NCBI GenBank assembly: GCA_973895155.1
Contig: OZ316891.1
Location: 23,311,899 to 23,375,898 of the forward strand
Direction: 5' to 3'
DNA length: 64,000 bases
DNA from: Marsupella aquatica
Lineage: Eukaryota > Plantae > Marchantiophyta
Made by a program: the position numbers and the translations under genes. Below the pieces are notes generated by a model. The model made no database searches. It was not told the origin of the DNA and saw nothing but the letters and a program-made list of their open reading frames with translations. Positions 60,569-64,000 of this stretch are shown in pieces (position 1 is the stretch's first letter; the number at the start of each line of letters is the position of its first letter).

Positions 60569-61958
60569 TGTTGTCGTATAGTGCTAAGTATCAAAAGTGA
60601 CTCTCCTCACCTAAAACCAGGGTTTCGATCCCTTTAAGAACAGATTTCAGAATGAATTGTATAACTTTTATCACTCCGAGTGATTTAGAGTCTTGAGCTC
60701 TATGTTGACTTCACTTCTCAATAAAAAAATCGAATAAACAAACAACAAAGTAACTGAACTTCTGATTTATGAATTAGAGAAGAAATGAGTAAGGATTTAG
60801 AGACTACAAGCTACTGCCACTCCTTCAGAAAGGATTTGGGCTCAGTATAGACATGAAATCTATCTCATAATTCATCCATCTCACTCTTCAAAACACAAAG
60901 GTTAATGATAATGGAATTCTCAATCTGATGAAGCAGAAGCTTTCTGATTGCAAATGAATGATATGATTTAAAATGCCGTCAACATGGTTTGACATCAGCG
61001 ATACGCAATTCAGTCAAACTCTAAACCATATTCCAGAATCAAAGCAACAGTACTAACTACTCTGAGAATCAGAATTTACTTCTCATTTATCATTAACTAT
61101 TCTTGAATTGGCTAGCGAATCCCGACTCTGCAAGCAAGCCTAGCAGTGAATTCAATATGAGTTTCAGAAATCTGCAACTGAATTCAATCACCACAGGAAT
61201 CTCTTGAATTCAATCTTAACTTCAATCAATATAGCTTTACTTCCATACAAAACACTCACAGCATGCCTTGTTACAATGGAAGGAGGAGAAAACTATTCAG
61301 AAGACTCAATTCTGAATACAGTATTAACTCTATTTCTCTCTACTTCAAATGAGCATTCTACTCTGTCTTATAAGTGCTGGAATCCTAAAATGGAGGAGGT
61401 AAGAACAGTCGTGCCTTTCCAAGCTTAAAACTAAACAAGGGAGAAGCACAGCATAAGTACTTCAACAAGGGTGGTAGAATACTACTTTACTAGTAATCTA
61501 CTTCAAAAACTAAGTGTTGAGCGGACGCTGCTAGAAGCGTCGGGAGAATCTGGACGCTGCTAGAAGCGTCTTAAGTAAAACCAACGGACGCTGCTCACAC
61601 TGCTCACAGCGTCAATACTAGGGTGGACGCTGCTCACAGCGTCGTGTGTTGAAGCTGACGCTTTCCACAGCGTCGGTCGAAATCCTCATAGAGTCTTGGT
61701 GGCGGTCGGGCACTGCCAAAAGCGTCATGAGGAGGTTGGACGCTTCCGCAGCGTCTTGAGTAAAAGAAACGGGCGCTGGTCACAGCGTCGGGCAAAGTAC
61801 ACTAGGAATCGTCAGGAAAGCCGGAGATGTCAAATATTTCTATAAGTGTCCAGAACAAGTAAATGTTGGCCGGAAGGTGTCTAAAGTGTAAGTAAATCTT
61901 GTGATATGCTAAAAATAAACAAGTTTCCAGAAAAAATTGCAGGGACACCCATACCACA
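60569..61958 (-). mobile_element. 3' LTR (about 1.4 kb) of a further gypsy-type element (family D)
   Basis: On the minus strand, PPT ATTTAAGTGGAGGGCTA is followed by TGTGGTAT at 61958. Candidate end ..CGACAACA at 60569. Internal GACGCT..AGCGTC palindromic repeats at 61520-61790. Confidence 0.6.
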
Positions 61959-62035
61959 TAGCCCTCCACTTAAATTTCGCCGTGTCCCCACAAGACATGA
62001 CCGAATTGAATCAGAAGCGAGTGACATGTTCTTCA

Positions 62036-62512
62036 TTAATAATATTCTGGCTTAATAATCCAAGTAGTGCTCAAAATCATTGACGGGAGTTGGGAGATAT
62101 CCGAATCCAGAATATAAAAATCGAGGTCATGGAATTCTTCTCCGATCTGTATTGGGACTCCTTTAACTCTTCCCCAAAGATTAATGATTCGTCCATCGAT
62201 TGATATCTGAGCAGATATCGGTTGTACTTCTTGATGAACAAATTGCTGGCACAGTCTGTGGGAGAGGAAATTAATTCGAGAGCCTGGATCAATAACAAAG
62301 TGTTGAATAGCATGTCCTCCCAGTTTGATCTTGCCTTCAAAGGAATGTTGGAAAGCACGGGGTAAAGAATTCCAACAATCCATAGTAGCTTTGATGTCCC
62401 ACATGAGCAGATAAATATCAATTCGAAGGAGAAAGAAGGAAACAATTGCAGGATGCTGCAAAAGTAACGGCTTATATACATATAAATGACAACACCGTTT
62501 GATATCTCTCAT
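62036..62512 (-). CDS. Retroviral-like aspartic protease domain
   Basis: FVIDPGSRINFLS..VPIQIG..FYILD..MILSTTWI. Confidence 0.7.
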   Translation of the reverse strand: MRDIKRCCHLYVYKPLLLQHPAIVSFFLLRIDIYLLMWDIKATMDCWNSLPRAFQHSFEGKIKLGGHAIQHFVIDPGSRINFLSHRLCQQFVHQEVQPISAQISIDGRIINLWGRVKGVPIQIGEEFHDLDFYILDSDISQLPSMILSTTWIIKPEYY

Positions 62513-62524
62513 AAATGGTGTCCT

Positions 62525-63985
62525 TCAAATCTGTGTCCTAGATAAAACACCTTGAATAATCACATCCGGATAAAAAGGAATAATAGGTAGGAACGCTAAA
62601 CACCTAAGCGACTTGAACCCTTGGGAAGCCGGTAGCATACATTGTTTTGTAATCAACTGCTCCCTTAGCTTAACAAGCTTCTTCTCATATTTAATTGGAA
62701 TAGCAAACCCACCAGGACAAACCCAAACATAGTATGGATAGGGCCATGGAATTTCCGGCACAAGGGGCGGAAATGGAGCTTGAGCTCGTCGAAGCATATA
62801 CACCCAACACCAAATTTCGAACTCCGAAAACTTATGTCGTCTGTCCTTATCAATGGGAGGAACCGCCTTCCCAGGTTCATATGTGCGAATCAAACTACGA
62901 ATCCTCGGATGGGATGTCATTGGCAAAATCTGCTGCTGCTGCAAAATGCTCTCCATCTCCAGATGTCGAAAAGCTACTCGAAAATGTTTCTTCTCCCACC
63001 TGTGAATTGAAGCCAAATTAGGGATAGGATTTCGGGGTGGCAAATCCACTGTATGCCGAAGTCGAGGAGGTACTCTGATAATGCGAGGGTCTTCGTCTTC
63101 TTCTCCATCACTTGGTGCTCCTATCCAACGGAAAATTACATCTGGCATAGCGGAAGGAATCACTGACTCCTTAACTGGTCGAATTGGCAATGTAACAGGA
63201 GACGAAGGAGCAGAAGGTTCGGGCTCCAGTGGTTCAAATTCTTCTCTTGCAACAGTAGCTGGTTGATCTGCAATGGGATGCATTGGTACTAAAACAGGAA
63301 GTTCTTCTTTAAAATTATCGCTAGGTAAAGAGACTTCCTGGTTAGTTCGATCTGTCAAAAGTACAGGAAGGGGTAGCTCGTCTGTTCCGATAGGTGCTTC
63401 TCCCTGTTCAAAATCCTGGGAAGATGCTTCAGGAAAGATCTGTCGACTGATAGCATGGCGCAACCGTTTCCAAGATTTTCGAGTATACGTCACTGAAAAC
63501 TCCTCCCGAATGTTTTTATCCTCGTTTGTAGCCAATGAAACTGGTGCTGAGCTGGTTGTCGAAGCGGGTGTCTCGGGTACCAATATGGGTACAGATATAC
63601 CCATATTACCAGATACCTGATTGCGACTCGGAAAACCAGCAGAGCCTCCTTCAATCAACTCATCTTCAGGAGAAACCCATTTTACAGGCGGAAATGAAGG
63701 AGCTCCTATCGCGGCTATTGCCTCATCTAATTCCTTAGTTATATCCAAAGGAATCGATATGAGTGAACCAGGTGTAGACCAGGCAGGGTATCTTGCGACA
63801 GATTGGGGAGAAGTCACTGGTTCACCTACTTCGTCTATATCCACAATTGCATCCTCCGAATCAACTTTAACCAGCTTCACAATTTCTGAGCTTAATATTT
63901 CTGACTCCTGGACCAGAGGGATTTCACCTATATTTGGGCTAGAACTAAGAGAGTCGGACGAATCATACTCCTGTAAAGCCTGCAA
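62525..63985 (-). CDS. Unknown Pro/acidic-rich ORF of element D (probably continues beyond the window)
   Basis: At least 486 open codons directly upstream of the protease ORF. No recognisable motif. Confidence 0.5.
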   Translation of the reverse strand: MQALQEYDSSDSLSSSPNIGEIPLVQESEILSSEIVKLVKVDSEDAIVDIDEVGEPVTSPQSVARYPAWSTPGSLISIPLDITKELDEAIAAIGAPSFPPVKWVSPEDELIEGGSAGFPSRNQVSGNMGISVPILVPETPASTTSSAPVSLATNEDKNIREEFSVTYTRKSWKRLRHAISRQIFPEASSQDFEQGEAPIGTDELPLPVLLTDRTNQEVSLPSDNFKEELPVLVPMHPIADQPATVAREEFEPLEPEPSAPSSPVTLPIRPVKESVIPSAMPDVIFRWIGAPSDGEEDEDPRIIRVPPRLRHTVDLPPRNPIPNLASIHRWEKKHFRVAFRHLEMESILQQQQILPMTSHPRIRSLIRTYEPGKAVPPIDKDRRHKFSEFEIWCWVYMLRRAQAPFPPLVPEIPWPYPYYVWVCPGGFAIPIKYEKKLVKLREQLITKQCMLPASQGFKSLRCLAFLPIIPFYPDVIIQGVLSRTQI

Positions 63986-64000
63986 AGCATCACTATTTGC

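Overview
Eukaryotic, almost certainly land-plant, repetitive DNA. It is a nest of transposable elements with no recognisable host gene, RNA gene or CRISPR array. (1) A recent, full-length Athila-like Ty3/gypsy element, family A (33853-49378, +, TSD AGTGC). Each of its two ~4.65-kb LTRs carries a copy of a ~1,200-codon gene. (2) A related element, family B (30849-58892, -). A has inserted into B's 3' LTR; B's ~4-kb LTRs also carry a long ORF, and two further B LTR copies are present. (3) A probable 4.4-kb solo LTR, family C (2272-6700), with an open 617-aa ORF, inserted into a Tnp1/En-Spm-domain gene. (4) A Bianca-type Ty1/copia with identical 192-bp LTRs, plus a decayed relative beside it. (5) A decayed multi-exon gene (about 10200-15200) that appears to fuse a ParB/Srx-like domain to an N6/N4 DNA-methyltransferase-like fold. 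(6) A MITE, hairpin minisatellites and a protease-only LTR element at the right end. The strongest candidates for new biology are the protein genes inside giant LTRs (two clear families, a probable third) and the ParB-MTase-like gene in a transposon context. All domain calls are from motif recognition by eye, not database searches.
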